IMG/VR virus record: IMGVR_UViG_3300044684_000161
Location: 26,103 to 90,102 of that record
Reading direction: 5' to 3' (one strand)
Length of the DNA: 64,000 nucleotides
Origin: a virus
In this document: in pieces, positions 29,885-39,063 of the stretch
Position numbering within the stretch: position 1 is the stretch's first letter
Layout: each line of letters opens with the position of its first letter
The notes under the pieces: generated by a model
The model's database searches: none
Seen by the model: only the letters and a program-made list of their open reading frames with translations
Told to the model about the DNA's origin: nothing
Program-made: the position numbers and the translations under genes

Positions 29885-30997
29885 ATGCTGCTGACGCAAA
29901 AGCTTCTCTCGTTCTTGCACGGGGTCTTCGATAAGGATCCCGGGCAGTTCCTCGCGTTGCGACTGCAATACAACGGCGGTCTGACGTGGCAAGTCTCCGA
30001 CGGCACGTTGACAACGACCGTGATGGGAGGAACAGGGAGCAATCTATCGATCAACCTATCACAGTACACGGTCGCGTCGCTCGCGAACTATTTGGGCGTT
30101 CAGCCGGGGTATTCGATCGCATACGTTGATATGTCGAACCTTGCGTCGCTGTCGGCGCTGGTGCTGCTCGATGCATCGAATGACATCTCGCTATCGAACG
30201 GTGACCATCTCTACGGTTACACGTCCGAGTTATGGTCCTACATGGAGTCGCAAGCCAACGAGCTAGAGCAGGCCGAAACGCAGATCGGCAACATGCTCCA
30301 GCAGATGAGCACGACGACCGCCGCCGACCAATGGCTCGATTATCTCGGCGGATATTACGGCGTTCCGCGCCTGCAGGGGGAAACTGACACCAACTACGGG
30401 CCGCGCATCATTGCCGAAGTGCTGCGTCCGCGCTCGAACAACGTCGCGCTCGAAATGGCGATTTCGGCGTACACCAACCAGCCAACGACGGTGACCGATG
30501 TCATCGAGTATGGCCCAACGTTCCCGCTGTATAACGGCGCGATCGTGCGAAATGGCGCGCATACGTATAGCGCGTCAGCCAAACCTCTCTATGGGCTATT
30601 CGATGTTCAGTATGCCTATGACCTGCTCAATGGCAGCGATGAAACAGCGTTCGCTCAAACGGTCATCGGCATCATCAACCGATATCGCGCGGCAGGCACG
30701 CATCTACGTCAACTCGCGCTGACGTTGGCCGGCAGTGGGCTGACTGATTCGCTGACGCCGCCGACGGATGGCTTCTCGACGATCGCCATCAGCATGCCGC
30801 TCGCGGATACGCTCACGTCGCCAACGGACAATTCGTTCGGCATGGCAGGAGCGATCGCGGGTTTCGCCGACACGTTGAGCGCGCCGACCGACGCTGAGTC
30901 GATCACGATCACGTACAACTATAAGTACAACAGCGTCCGGACTTACAACAGCCAGATCTACCATATGGGCGGCCAGACGGTAACAGAATCGCTCTGA
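29885..30997 (+). CDS. Baseplate wedge/tail protein I-like
   Basis: WLDYLGGYYGVPRLQGETD..Y..RI; RAAGT. Confidence 0.7.
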   Translation: MLLTQKLLSFLHGVFDKDPGQFLALRLQYNGGLTWQVSDGTLTTTVMGGTGSNLSINLSQYTVASLANYLGVQPGYSIAYVDMSNLASLSALVLLDASNDISLSNGDHLYGYTSELWSYMESQANELEQAETQIGNMLQQMSTTTAADQWLDYLGGYYGVPRLQGETDTNYGPRIIAEVLRPRSNNVALEMAISAYTNQPTTVTDVIEYGPTFPLYNGAIVRNGAHTYSASAKPLYGLFDVQYAYDLLNGSDETAFAQTVIGIINRYRAAGTHLRQLALTLAGSGLTDSLTPPTDGFSTIAISMPLADTLTSPTDNSFGMAGAIAGFADTLSAPTDAESITITYNYKYNSVRTYNSQIYHMGGQTVTESL

Positions 30998-31000
30998 TGG

Positions 31001-31035
31001 TCGTGACGCGACAATCCAGAAACAAGACTGGAGAA
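31001..31035 (+). promoter_or_regulatory. Late promoter TCGTGAC-GC-GACAAT with TCCAG/CTGGA hairpin over the RBS
   Basis: Motif match; inverted repeat covers GGAG. Confidence 0.75.
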
Positions 31036-31039
31036 CCGC

Positions 31040-31504
31040 GTGGGCCTTTCTTTTTTAGATAAATTGGAGCGTTCACCGAGCGGGCTTTTCGTTCTGCGTG
31101 TCTATCGCAAGGGCGAGCTCGTCGAGGTGATGGAAGAGCCGAACCTAATCGTGGTGGGCTCTCAGAGCATGCACGCACATTTGCTCGGCGGTGCCGTCAC
31201 GAATCAAAGCGTCACGCAGATCGGATTTGGCACGAACGCGATCGCACCCGCATTCAGCAATACGGCGCTGACGGGCGCATACACGAAAGCGATCGATTCC
31301 GTCTCGTATCCCGCATCGAACCAAGTGCAGTTCAATTTCTCGCTCGGAATCGCCGGCGCAGACTCCGGTGCATACGGGCTCGCCATCAGCGAGTTCGGGC
31401 TACTGACGCCGAGCACGACGCTATATGCCCGCAAGACGCGGAGCGCGCCCCTGAATTTCAATTCGGACCTGAGCTTCACTGGGTCCTGGACCATAAGCTT
31501 CTAA
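31040..31504 (+). CDS. Tail fibre attachment/baseplate protein
   Basis: NLIV, ISEFGL, LYARK, WTISF. Confidence 0.7.
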   Translation: MGLSFLDKLERSPSGLFVLRVYRKGELVEVMEEPNLIVVGSQSMHAHLLGGAVTNQSVTQIGFGTNAIAPAFSNTALTGAYTKAIDSVSYPASNQVQFNFSLGIAGADSGAYGLAISEFGLLTPSTTLYARKTRSAPLNFNSDLSFTGSWTISF

Positions 31505-31515
31505 AGGCCGGATAG

Positions 31516-34140
31516 ATGGCAAATCAGCCCGAAAGCCCAACCTATGATGCTGGCGTCTATCAGATCGAAGCAACCGATCCGGTAGACGGTGGCGTCGGTG
31601 CTGTAACGAATAAGCCGCTGCTGAACCTCGCGGACCGAACAGCGTACCTCAAGCAACACGTCGACAATCTAGAAAACGGGACGACGCAGCCGCCAGGAAT
31701 GGCGCCGCTGAATTCGCCGAACTTTACCGGTTCGCCGACGGCTCCGACTCAGGCTTTTGGCGACGCATCGACGAAGCTCGCGAACGATGCTTTCGTGCAG
31801 GGCACCGTCAATGGCGTGTCGACGATCAACGTCGCCGGCGGCGCGAATGTCACGCTGACGGCGGCGCAGGCCGGTCAGGGTACGCTCGTTTTTACGGGCG
31901 CCATCACGGCAAACATTGCGGTGATCGTGCCGAACACGGCCGCCAAGTGGGAAGTGTCGAACCAGACGACAGGCGCCTTTACGCTCACAGTCAAGACGGC
32001 AGCCGGTACTGGCATCGTGGTCACGCAAGGCAAGAACACGAGCCTGTGGTGTGATACGACGAATGTCAACGATGGCAAGACCGATTTCATCAGCCCGGCT
32101 TTCACTGGTTCGCCAACGGCACCCACTGCGGCGAGCGGTGATAATTCGAACCTCGTCTCGGACACTGCGTTCGTTTTCAACGCTGCTGACGGCATGGCGT
32201 CCGTCAATGTGGCTGGCAACACCGACGTTACGCTGACGCAGGCACAGTATGGTTGTGCGATTCTGAACCTGACCGGCGCGCTGACGGGCAACATCAACCT
32301 GAAGTTCCCGCAGCAGACGGGGCAATGGATCGTCGCGAACAACTCGACGGGGGCATTCGCGATCACTGGAAAGACGACCGCAAGTGGGACGCCGGCTACT
32401 GTCACGCTCCCGCAAGGATCGGCGGTGCTCATCTATGGAGATGGCACCAATTTGGCCCTGGCAAGTTCGGCCGGAAATCAAGCGTCGCTCACGCGCACGT
32501 CTTTCGCGCCGACTGCCGGCACCAAGACGCTGACGGTGCCGACTGGGTACACGCCGGGCAATGTGCTTCTTGAGAAGAACGGCGCACTCCTCGAGCCGGC
32601 AGACTTCGCACAGGCAATCCCGGCGCCGACGCAAAACGCTGCGAGCACTGCTGTTAGCGGCGGCTCGCTGGCCTCCGGCACCTACTACTACGAAGTGACG
32701 GCACTCACTTCGGCTGGCGAGACGACTGCTTCGAACGAAGTGTCGATCGCCACGTCGCATCTTGCTGTGCCAGCGGCAAACACGCCGACCACCTCAACGA
32801 CTGGCGGCACACTGGGTGCGGCGACGTACTACTACGTAGTGACCGCCCTCGGTTCCTCTGGCGAGACGACGAAATCGAACGAAGTTTCGATCACGACGAC
32901 CGGCACGACCTCGAGCAATACGGTTACGTGGGGCGCCGTGGCGGGCGCAACCGGCTATCGCATCTATCGCGGCACGGCAGCCGGCGCCGAGAGTGTCTAC
33001 TACTCGGTCGGCGCCGTGACGACGTTCACCGACACTGGCGCGGCGAACACATCCGGCACGCCTCCGGCAAGCAATACGGCTGTCTCGTCGACGAATGCCA
33101 ATACGGTCAATTGGACAGCCGTGACGAATGCCACTGGATACCGTGTGTATCGCGGCACAGCGTCGGGCAGCGAGAACGTCTACTATGCGCCCGGCAATGT
33201 GACTTCCTACACGGACACTGGTGCCGCAAGCACTTCCGGTACGCCGCCGACCGTAAACACCGCCGCCGATGGCTCGACGATCACGCTGACGACGGCGACT
33301 GTCACCAACGACTCGTTCAATCTCTACGCTTTCAAGACCTTCACGGTCGCGAACGCAGTGCAGAAGTCTGGCGACACGATGGCGGGTCCGCTCGCGCTGT
33401 TTGGTGGCGATACAATCGCGACTGACCCTGCCGCCAGCGATAGCAGCGGTAAGATTCCGAGCACTCGGTGGGTGGGGTCGAACACGCCTGGGCGATTGCT
33501 AAATGTTCAGGTAGTTACAGGAAGCACCACATACAACAAGACAGCGGGAACAAATTCGCAGATCGTCGAAGCGGTTGGCGGTGGTGGCGGCGGCGGCGGA
33601 TGCGTGACGAATGGCTGCGGCGGTGGCGGTGGTGCTGGCGCGTTTGCTCGCGTGTACATTCCCTCAGCCGTAACGGGTGTTACCGTCACGATTGGTGCTG
33701 CCGGGACTGCGGGAGCGGCGGGCAGCAATAATGGCGGAAACGGTGGGACTACATCATTCGGCTCGTTGATTAGTTGCCCTGGTGGTGGGGGAGGGTCTGG
33801 CGGCGCATCGGTGGGCGCATCTACCGCAGTTTTCACGGCGGGTGGCAATCCCTCTGCTGCTCCGACTATATCTGGCGCTACGAACTTGGGCAGCGCAATT
33901 GGAAGAACAGGCTTTTATGGGTTGAGTGGCCAAAATGGTCTAGCTGGCGGCGCGGGAGCAGAATCGAAATTTGGCTCAGGCGGTCAACAGACCTTCGCCG
34001 CCGGCGCCGCCACGCAAGCTGGTATCGCGGGCTCAGCATCTGGTAGCGGGGGTAGCGGAGCCGCGTCGGGAAATTCGGGCTCTAGCGCGGCAGGAGGCGC
34101 CGGCGCGGCAGGTATCGTATATGTTTTCGAATATGCCTAA
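31516..34140 (+). CDS. Tail fibre protein
   Basis: LADRTAYLK, SPxFTGSPTAPT repeats, FN3-like inserts, Gly-rich C-terminal domain. Confidence 0.88.
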   Translation: MANQPESPTYDAGVYQIEATDPVDGGVGAVTNKPLLNLADRTAYLKQHVDNLENGTTQPPGMAPLNSPNFTGSPTAPTQAFGDASTKLANDAFVQGTVNGVSTINVAGGANVTLTAAQAGQGTLVFTGAITANIAVIVPNTAAKWEVSNQTTGAFTLTVKTAAGTGIVVTQGKNTSLWCDTTNVNDGKTDFISPAFTGSPTAPTAASGDNSNLVSDTAFVFNAADGMASVNVAGNTDVTLTQAQYGCAILNLTGALTGNINLKFPQQTGQWIVANNSTGAFAITGKTTASGTPATVTLPQGSAVLIYGDGTNLALASSAGNQASLTRTSFAPTAGTKTLTVPTGYTPGNVLLEKNGALLEPADFAQAIPAPTQNAASTAVSGGSLASGTYYYEVTALTSAGETTASNEVSIATSHLAVPAANTPTTSTTGGTLGAATYYYVVTALGSSGETTKSNEVSITTTGTTSSNTVTWGAVAGATGYRIYRGTAAGAESVYYSVGAVTTFTDTGAANTSGTPPASNTAVSSTNANTVNWTAVTNATGYRVYRGTASGSENVYYAPGNVTSYTDTGAASTSGTPPTVNTAADGSTITLTTATVTNDSFNLYAFKTFTVANAVQKSGDTMAGPLALFGGDTIATDPAASDSSGKIPSTRWVGSNTPGRLLNVQVVTGSTTYNKTAGTNSQIVEAVGGGGGGGGCVTNGCGGGGGAGAFARVYIPSAVTGVTVTIGAAGTAGAAGSNNGGNGGTTSFGSLISCPGGGGGSGGASVGASTAVFTAGGNPSAAPTISGATNLGSAIGRTGFYGLSGQNGLAGGAGAESKFGSGGQQTFAAGAATQAGIAGSASGSGGSGAASGNSGSSAAGGAGAAGIVYVFEYA

Positions 34141-34260
34141 TCAATTGTGCATGCATGTATGGACTGTCCGCAGCGGAACTGATTGCTCTGCATCAGTAAC
34201 GACTGATTGATTCGCAATAACAAAGAACTCAGCATTTAAGCGAAAGGTTTGGGACGATGA

Positions 34261-34665
34261 TTGAATAATGCTTCGAATCTTGCGGCGCTGGCACTTGCCG
34301 CTTCTGTTGATAGTGCTCTTGGGATCGCCTTTCAAAAGAAAATCTCGGCACCTCCGGTCAATCTCGGCAACCTTGGCGCCACGCCAGCGCTCGATTTCTC
34401 GACCGGCAACAATTTCTACGGCACTGCGAACGCGAACTTCACGCTGCCGTTCCCGACCAATCTGTCTGCCGGGCAGGCTGGGTCGATCGAGATCACTCAA
34501 GACGGCACCGGTAGCCGGACCATTACATACGCCAGCGGATGGCTGTTCCCCGGCGGCACGCGCCCGGCGCTCTCGACTGCGGCAGGCTCTATCGATGTCA
34601 TCTCGTATTTCGTGCGGCCCGGTGCCACGCAGATCGAGGCGACGATCAATAAGGCGTTCGCATAA
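34261..34665 (+). CDS. Tail fibre-associated protein
   Basis: ITQDGTGSRT...FPGGT.P.LST...DVISY; TTG start. Confidence 0.65.
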   Translation: MNNASNLAALALAASVDSALGIAFQKKISAPPVNLGNLGATPALDFSTGNNFYGTANANFTLPFPTNLSAGQAGSIEITQDGTGSRTITYASGWLFPGGTRPALSTAAGSIDVISYFVRPGATQIEATINKAFA

Positions 34666-35450
34666 TGCTCGCCGGCGTCCCTCCGCTCAACACCGGCATC
34701 AAACTGTTCGTCGTGCCGATTACCGCCAATGTGAACGAGTACAACCTGCACAATGTGCTGACCGCATCCCCGTATAACTGGGACGGCAGCACTCAGGTGA
34801 TGGTGACCGTCAACGTCTCCGCCAGCGTGGTGATCGGCGGCACCGATCGAAGCAGCACGACGGCGAGTTCGGCGACTGGCGCGTTCAACATCGGCGCAGC
34901 TTTCCCAGTTGGATCCGAGATTGATCTGAACATCGGCTCGGGCGCGAAGATTCAAGGATATGGCGGCGATGGCGCGCCGACTGGTGGCGGCGGTCCTGGC
35001 TGCTACGGCGGCCACGCAATCGTGTTGCCGGCCAGCATGAATGCGCTGCTCAAGATCAACAACCAGGGCAGCATCTTGGGCGGCGGCGGCGGCGGCGCAA
35101 GCAATTCCGGTAGCGACGGCGGTGCGGGTGCCGGCGGCGGCGCTGGTACGCCCGGGGGCGCCGGCGGACCGTGCCAGAGTTCGTTGTCTCCATACGGCGC
35201 GACCAATGGCTCGGCTGGCACGGCGACAGCAGGGGGCGCGGCTGGGGCCAGCGCTCCAGTGAATGGTTCGATTGGCGTGACAACTGCTGGCTATGCGGGG
35301 GCGGGCGGCAATCCAGGGCAACAAGGCGGCTACAACAACAGAGGTGTCAGCGGCGCCGCGCCGGGGCCGGCCGGGTATGCGATCGCTCTCAACGGCAACG
35401 CCGCGCCAACCTTCATCGCATCAGGCACGATCACCGGATCAATTGCCTGA
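34665..35450 (+). CDS. Gly-rich adhesin-like protein (T-even gp38-like pattern)
   Basis: IQGYGGDG, INNQGSILGGGGGG, Gly-rich loops. Confidence 0.6.
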   Translation: MLAGVPPLNTGIKLFVVPITANVNEYNLHNVLTASPYNWDGSTQVMVTVNVSASVVIGGTDRSSTTASSATGAFNIGAAFPVGSEIDLNIGSGAKIQGYGGDGAPTGGGGPGCYGGHAIVLPASMNALLKINNQGSILGGGGGGASNSGSDGGAGAGGGAGTPGGAGGPCQSSLSPYGATNGSAGTATAGGAAGASAPVNGSIGVTTAGYAGAGGNPGQQGGYNNRGVSGAAPGPAGYAIALNGNAAPTFIASGTITGSIA

Positions 35451-35453
35451 TTG

Positions 35454-35491
35454 TCGTGACTATAGGATTGCCTTGTACTAACTCGCAATCC
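35454..35491 (+). promoter_or_regulatory. Late promoter TCGTGAC-TA-TAGGAT with GGATTGC/GCAATCC hairpin
   Basis: Motif match upstream of lysis cassette. Confidence 0.7.
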
Positions 35492-35540
35492 GAAGAGACA
35501 AGAAACCGTCCTCGGTTGCATTGATTACCGGGGACGGCGG

Positions 35541-35873
35541 ATGGAAGTAAGCAGCGGTGCTTTCCAAATCATCGCAGTAGTGGTGAGTATGTTGTGCTCA
35601 GCGATGGGCACGATTCTTTGGTTCCTGTTTCAGAGCGTGCGACACGACGTGCAAGCGGCACGTACAGAAGCAGAGTCCGCCAAGGACGAACTTGCGAAAT
35701 TCAAACTGCAAGCGGCCGAGCATTACGTCACGCGAAACGATCTCACCTCGACAGTGACCGACCTAAAGCGTTCGATCGAGCGCCTGATTGAATCCGTCGA
35801 CCGTAGCTCTCAAGAGACGCGCGACGCATTCAATAAGATCCACGAGCGCATCGATAGAAAGGCCGACAAGTGA
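35541..35873 (+). CDS. Holin-like protein (one TM plus coiled coil)
   Basis: N-terminal TM; YVTRND, IDRKADK; upstream of endolysin. Confidence 0.55.
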   Translation: MEVSSGAFQIIAVVVSMLCSAMGTILWFLFQSVRHDVQAARTEAESAKDELAKFKLQAAEHYVTRNDLTSTVTDLKRSIERLIESVDRSSQETRDAFNKIHERIDRKADK

Positions 35874-36232
35874 ACAAGCACGAAATCCATTGGCTCGATG
35901 CTCCAGAAGAGCACGACTATCCAGCCGCGCTTTCCTATCTCTCCCTAATCTTTGAAGCGTCGCACGCCGAGAGCATCGTCAAGGCGCTTGAGCATGCCGA
36001 GATGTGCGCTTTCAAGGCGAAGGACATCTTCAGGGCTTCAGCACTCCCTCTTCTAGGCATCAGCAACAGCCACGTAGCGAAGAACGAAGCAAAGATCGAC
36101 AGCGGCAAAAAGCTGTCGCCGATCCTGCTCGTGCGCAGCCACGGCAAGGTGATTTTAGCCGACGGCTACCATCGACTCTGCGCGGTCTATCGCCATGACG
36201 AGGACGCGGAGATTCCCTGCAAGATCGTATAG
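35870..36232 (+). CDS. ParB/Srx-like hypothetical protein
   Basis: PILL...ILADGYHRL. Confidence 0.6.
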   Translation: MNKHEIHWLDAPEEHDYPAALSYLSLIFEASHAESIVKALEHAEMCAFKAKDIFRASALPLLGISNSHVAKNEAKIDSGKKLSPILLVRSHGKVILADGYHRLCAVYRHDEDAEIPCKIV

Positions 36233-36239
36233 CGATGCC

Positions 36240-36788
36240 ATGAACTTGACGCCCGCAATCGTAGCCGTCGGCACCGGTGCATCTCCCGTGACCTCGGCGA
36301 AGTGGCTCGGCGTATTGCAGTCGACATGCGACCAGTACGTCATCAACACGCCCGAGCGGATCGCCGCGTTCCTCGCGCAGATCGGCCATGAGTCGATGCA
36401 CTTGATCTACACGCGCGAACTATGGGGCCCGACGGCCGCGCAACGCGCATACGAGCCGCCATCGGCGAAGTCGAAGGAACTCGGCAATACGCAGCCCGGC
36501 GACGGCAAGCGATTCTGCGGACGCGGTCTGATTCAGATTACGGGCCGAGGCATGTATATGCGGGCCGGCGCAGCGCTCAAACTCGACCTGCTTGCGCATC
36601 CCGAATTGCTCGAGGCGCCGTCAAATGCCGCACAGTCCGCCGGCTGGTTCTGGTCGATACACGGGCTAAACGCGCTGGCCGACGCTGGTGAGTTCGAAAC
36701 CATCACGCGCAAGATCAATGGGGGCCTCAATGGTGAGGCCGATCGCTTGGCGCTCTACGATTCAGCAAAGAAAGCGCTGGGGATCTGA
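36240..36788 (+). CDS. Endolysin, glycoside hydrolase family 19
   Basis: AAFLAQIGHES, GRGLIQITG, SAGWFW, TRKINGG. Confidence 0.93.
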   Translation: MNLTPAIVAVGTGASPVTSAKWLGVLQSTCDQYVINTPERIAAFLAQIGHESMHLIYTRELWGPTAAQRAYEPPSAKSKELGNTQPGDGKRFCGRGLIQITGRGMYMRAGAALKLDLLAHPELLEAPSNAAQSAGWFWSIHGLNALADAGEFETITRKINGGLNGEADRLALYDSAKKALGI

Positions 36789-37018
36789 CGACTCCGACGC
36801 TCGCCGCGCTCAGTGCAGTAAGTGCACAGATGTCGTCCCATCGCGCGCCGTAGCGGCGGCATCTCGATCTCGCATTCCTCGCACTCGGCCGGCCCGTAGC
36901 CGGGTTCGTCTGGCTCAAGAAGGCGGCGCTGCACGCGCGGTCGGTTGTTACGCTCCCAGTCCAGGGCCTCGAGCTCTTGTGCGATATCTTCGGTCGACAT
37001 TTTTCCCCCAGTCGTCAT
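36755..37018 (-). CDS. DksA/TraR C4 zinc-finger protein
   Basis: CEEC...RR...CTYC with acidic N-terminal helix (EDIA). Confidence 0.7.
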   Translation of the reverse strand: MTTGGKMSTEDIAQELEALDWERNNRPRVQRRLLEPDEPGYGPAECEECEIEMPPLRRAMGRHLCTYCTERGERRSRQIPSAFFAES

Positions 37019-37209
37019 TCCGGCCGATAGACCTGACGGCCCTTCGGCTGTGTCTTTGCAATCGCGAGGCGTGACTCGTTCCGCTTGCGCAGTTCGAGCA
37101 GTTCGTTCGCAGTGCCGATCACGTACATCGCGCGCACGGTGCCGAACATCAGTCTCTCGCGTTGTACGTTGGCATCATTGTGCTGTTCCGACCGGCGGTC
37201 TTGTGGCAT
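37015..37209 (-). CDS. Hypothetical protein
   Basis: RBS GGAG; stop overlaps next ATG. Confidence 0.45.
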   Translation of the reverse strand: MPQDRRSEQHNDANVQRERLMFGTVRAMYVIGTANELLELRKRNESRLAIAKTQPKGRQVYRPE

Positions 37210-37241
37210 TGCCTGCTCCGTTTGTTGGTGTGAGGCAATGA

Positions 37242-37257
37242 TAATCAAATTTGATTA
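37242..37257. promoter_or_regulatory. Perfect 16-bp palindrome TAATCAAATTTGATTA (operator candidate)
   Basis: Degenerate copies at other early intergenic regions. Confidence 0.55.
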
Positions 37258-37275
37258 AATGACGTTGGGATGTGC

Positions 37276-37310
37276 AAAAAAACAACGCCAGGAATCTGTC
37301 CTGGCGCTGC
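37276..37310 (-). terminator. Intrinsic terminator of the integrase transcript
   Basis: CGCCAGGA/TCCTGGCG stem followed by a T-run on the minus strand. Confidence 0.75.
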
Positions 37311-37313
37311 TTA

Positions 37314-37493
37314 CTACTCACGTTCGACGGTCCAGCCGTCCGGCGTTCGCTCTCGATCCGTTTCGGGGTTCTCCTTGAGCCGACGCATCGCGGCGCTCAC
37401 GTCGAGGAGAGGAACATTGCGTTCCGTGACGCCACCGGTGATGAGCTCGCCGTCAGCATCAAGGACACGATACGTCACAGGTGCGACGATCAT
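37314..37493 (-). CDS. Small hypothetical protein (59 aa, not in ORF track)
   Basis: ATG overlaps integrase stop; RBS GAGGAGG. Confidence 0.55.
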   Translation of the reverse strand: MIVAPVTYRVLDADGELITGGVTERNVPLLDVSAAMRRLKENPETDRERTPDGWTVERE

Positions 37494-38662
37494 ATAGCCT
37501 CCTCGGGCTGCCGGGCCCAGTTCTGCGTAATCACGCTGGCGACCGTATTGATTGCGCGCGCCTGATCGGTTGCGAGGCCGTGCAGGTAGCGTTCAGTCGT
37601 CGATAGCTGGCGGTGGCCGAGCATCGTCGCGACCTGCTTTTGCGTCAGGCCAGCCATATGCGCGAGCGAGCCGGCGGTGTGCCGCAGATCATGGATGCGC
37701 ATCTCCGGCGGCAACTCGGCGCGCTGCTTAATGCGCTTCCAGATGCCTTGCGGGTGCATCATGTGCTCGCCAGCAATGCGGCCCGGGATGAGCCATTTGC
37801 CTTCCTCGATGCCGTTGATAATCTCCATCGCTGCTGACGACAGGGCGATACGCCGCTGACCGACTTTGCTGTCCGGCAGCAGCAGCAGCGAGCGCTCGCG
37901 ATCGATCCATTCCTGTTTCGACGACATGATCTCGTTGAGGCGACAACCGGTGATCAGCAGCAGACGGATAAGGTCAGCCATCGACTTCATGATTTCGTGC
38001 TGCTCGACCATCTCGGTCAGCGTGGCGTCGAGGCGCTGGATCTGCTCGGGCGCAAGGATCGTCTCGCGCTCCCGGATTTTGTACTTTTTGATGTGGCGGC
38101 ACGGATTGCCATCCTTGCGCCACTTCCATAGGTCCGCAAGATTGAAGGCCTTGCTCAGCAGCGCGACGCAGGCATTCGCAGTCGCCGGGTGCTCGGACAG
38201 CGATCCCATGAGCGCCAACACATCGGCCTGTGTCACGCTGTCGACGCGCTTCTTGCCGAGTGCCGGCAGCACGTAGATGCGCCACAGTGCCTCGTCGCGA
38301 GCGACACTGCCGGCCTTCTTGAACGGCCGCGCGTGCTCCTTCATGTAGCGCTGCTCGAGATCGGCGACCGTGGGTGCTTCCTTGAGTTCGGTTTTTTCCA
38401 TCGCCGGGTCGCGGCCTTCGGCGACGGCGCCGAATATCTTGCGCGCGAGATCGCGGGCCTTGTCCGGCACGATGTCCGTGCAACGCCCGATTGTTTGCTT
38501 GCGCTGGATGCCAGCGTGTGTACGATACCGCGCGACGTAGGTTTTGCGGCCGCTGCTCTGGATGCGGACGCCGAAGCTCGGGAGTTCGTTGTCCCACAGC
38601 CACGCGTCACCCTTTAGAGGGGGCTGAGCGGCATCGACTGCGGTTTTGGTCAGCTTGGGCAT
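37490..38662 (-). CDS. int: Tyrosine integrase with N-terminal arm-binding domain
   Basis: TGCRLNE, SK, HDLRH, LGH, TERY catalytic residues. Confidence 0.95.
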   Translation of the reverse strand: MPKLTKTAVDAAQPPLKGDAWLWDNELPSFGVRIQSSGRKTYVARYRTHAGIQRKQTIGRCTDIVPDKARDLARKIFGAVAEGRDPAMEKTELKEAPTVADLEQRYMKEHARPFKKAGSVARDEALWRIYVLPALGKKRVDSVTQADVLALMGSLSEHPATANACVALLSKAFNLADLWKWRKDGNPCRHIKKYKIRERETILAPEQIQRLDATLTEMVEQHEIMKSMADLIRLLLITGCRLNEIMSSKQEWIDRERSLLLLPDSKVGQRRIALSSAAMEIINGIEEGKWLIPGRIAGEHMMHPQGIWKRIKQRAELPPEMRIHDLRHTAGSLAHMAGLTQKQVATMLGHRQLSTTERYLHGLATDQARAINTVASVITQNWARQPEEAI

Positions 38663-38689
38663 TTTGAAAGTTCTCCAGGGTGAGTGTGA

Positions 38690-38933
38690 TGCGCCCGAAT
38701 TTCCCGGGCGCAACTAGGGCGCAAAAGGGACATAACAAGCGTGATCTTCACTGATCTCCTGAGCCGCTGATAGACGGCTAAGTGGTTGGAATCGTGCAGA
38801 CTAATGACCCAACGTGAAGTTGCATGAAGCCCTATTTTTCACACTCAAAATCTGGTTGTCAACTCAAAAAAGATCAAGTTTTATGCGGTTGCAGCGAAGG
38901 CGAGACAGAATTTCGGGCGCAGGTCGGGCGCAA
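38690..38933. other. Putative attP
   Basis: GGGCGCA arm-like repeats at 38690 (inverted), 38706, 38717, 38915, 38926 flank CACTCAAAAT (38842-38851). Confidence 0.6.
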
Positions 38934-38969
38934 GATCAGACGGGAAGGACCGTGACGGTCCGTGAAGAT

Positions 38970-39056
38970 GCGAGAGTGGTGGAACTGGTAGACACACGGC
39001 ACTCAAAATGCCGCACCCGAAAGGGTATAGGGGTTCGACTCCCCTCTCTCGCACCA
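38970..39056 (+). tRNA. tRNA-Leu (CAA)
   Basis: GCGAGAG/CTCTCGC acceptor stem, CGGCA-CTCAAAA-TGCCG anticodon arm, long variable arm, GTTCGA, encoded CCA. Confidence 0.93.
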
Positions 39057-39063
39057 CGCGCCA

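Noticed and set aside
31669-32760. Long antisense ORFs (also 3250-4248, 5907-6851, 48158-49075, 49432-50343)
   Set aside because: Shadow frames of GC-rich genes; no motifs or RBS
38947-38961. GGACCGTGACGGTCC palindrome upstream of the tRNA as a late promoter
   Set aside because: Contains CGTGAC but no NANNNT at the right spacing; more likely a leader hairpin
38970-39056. tRNA as a prophage boundary (attL/attR)
   Set aside because: Phage genes continue on both sides; no host DNA is seen
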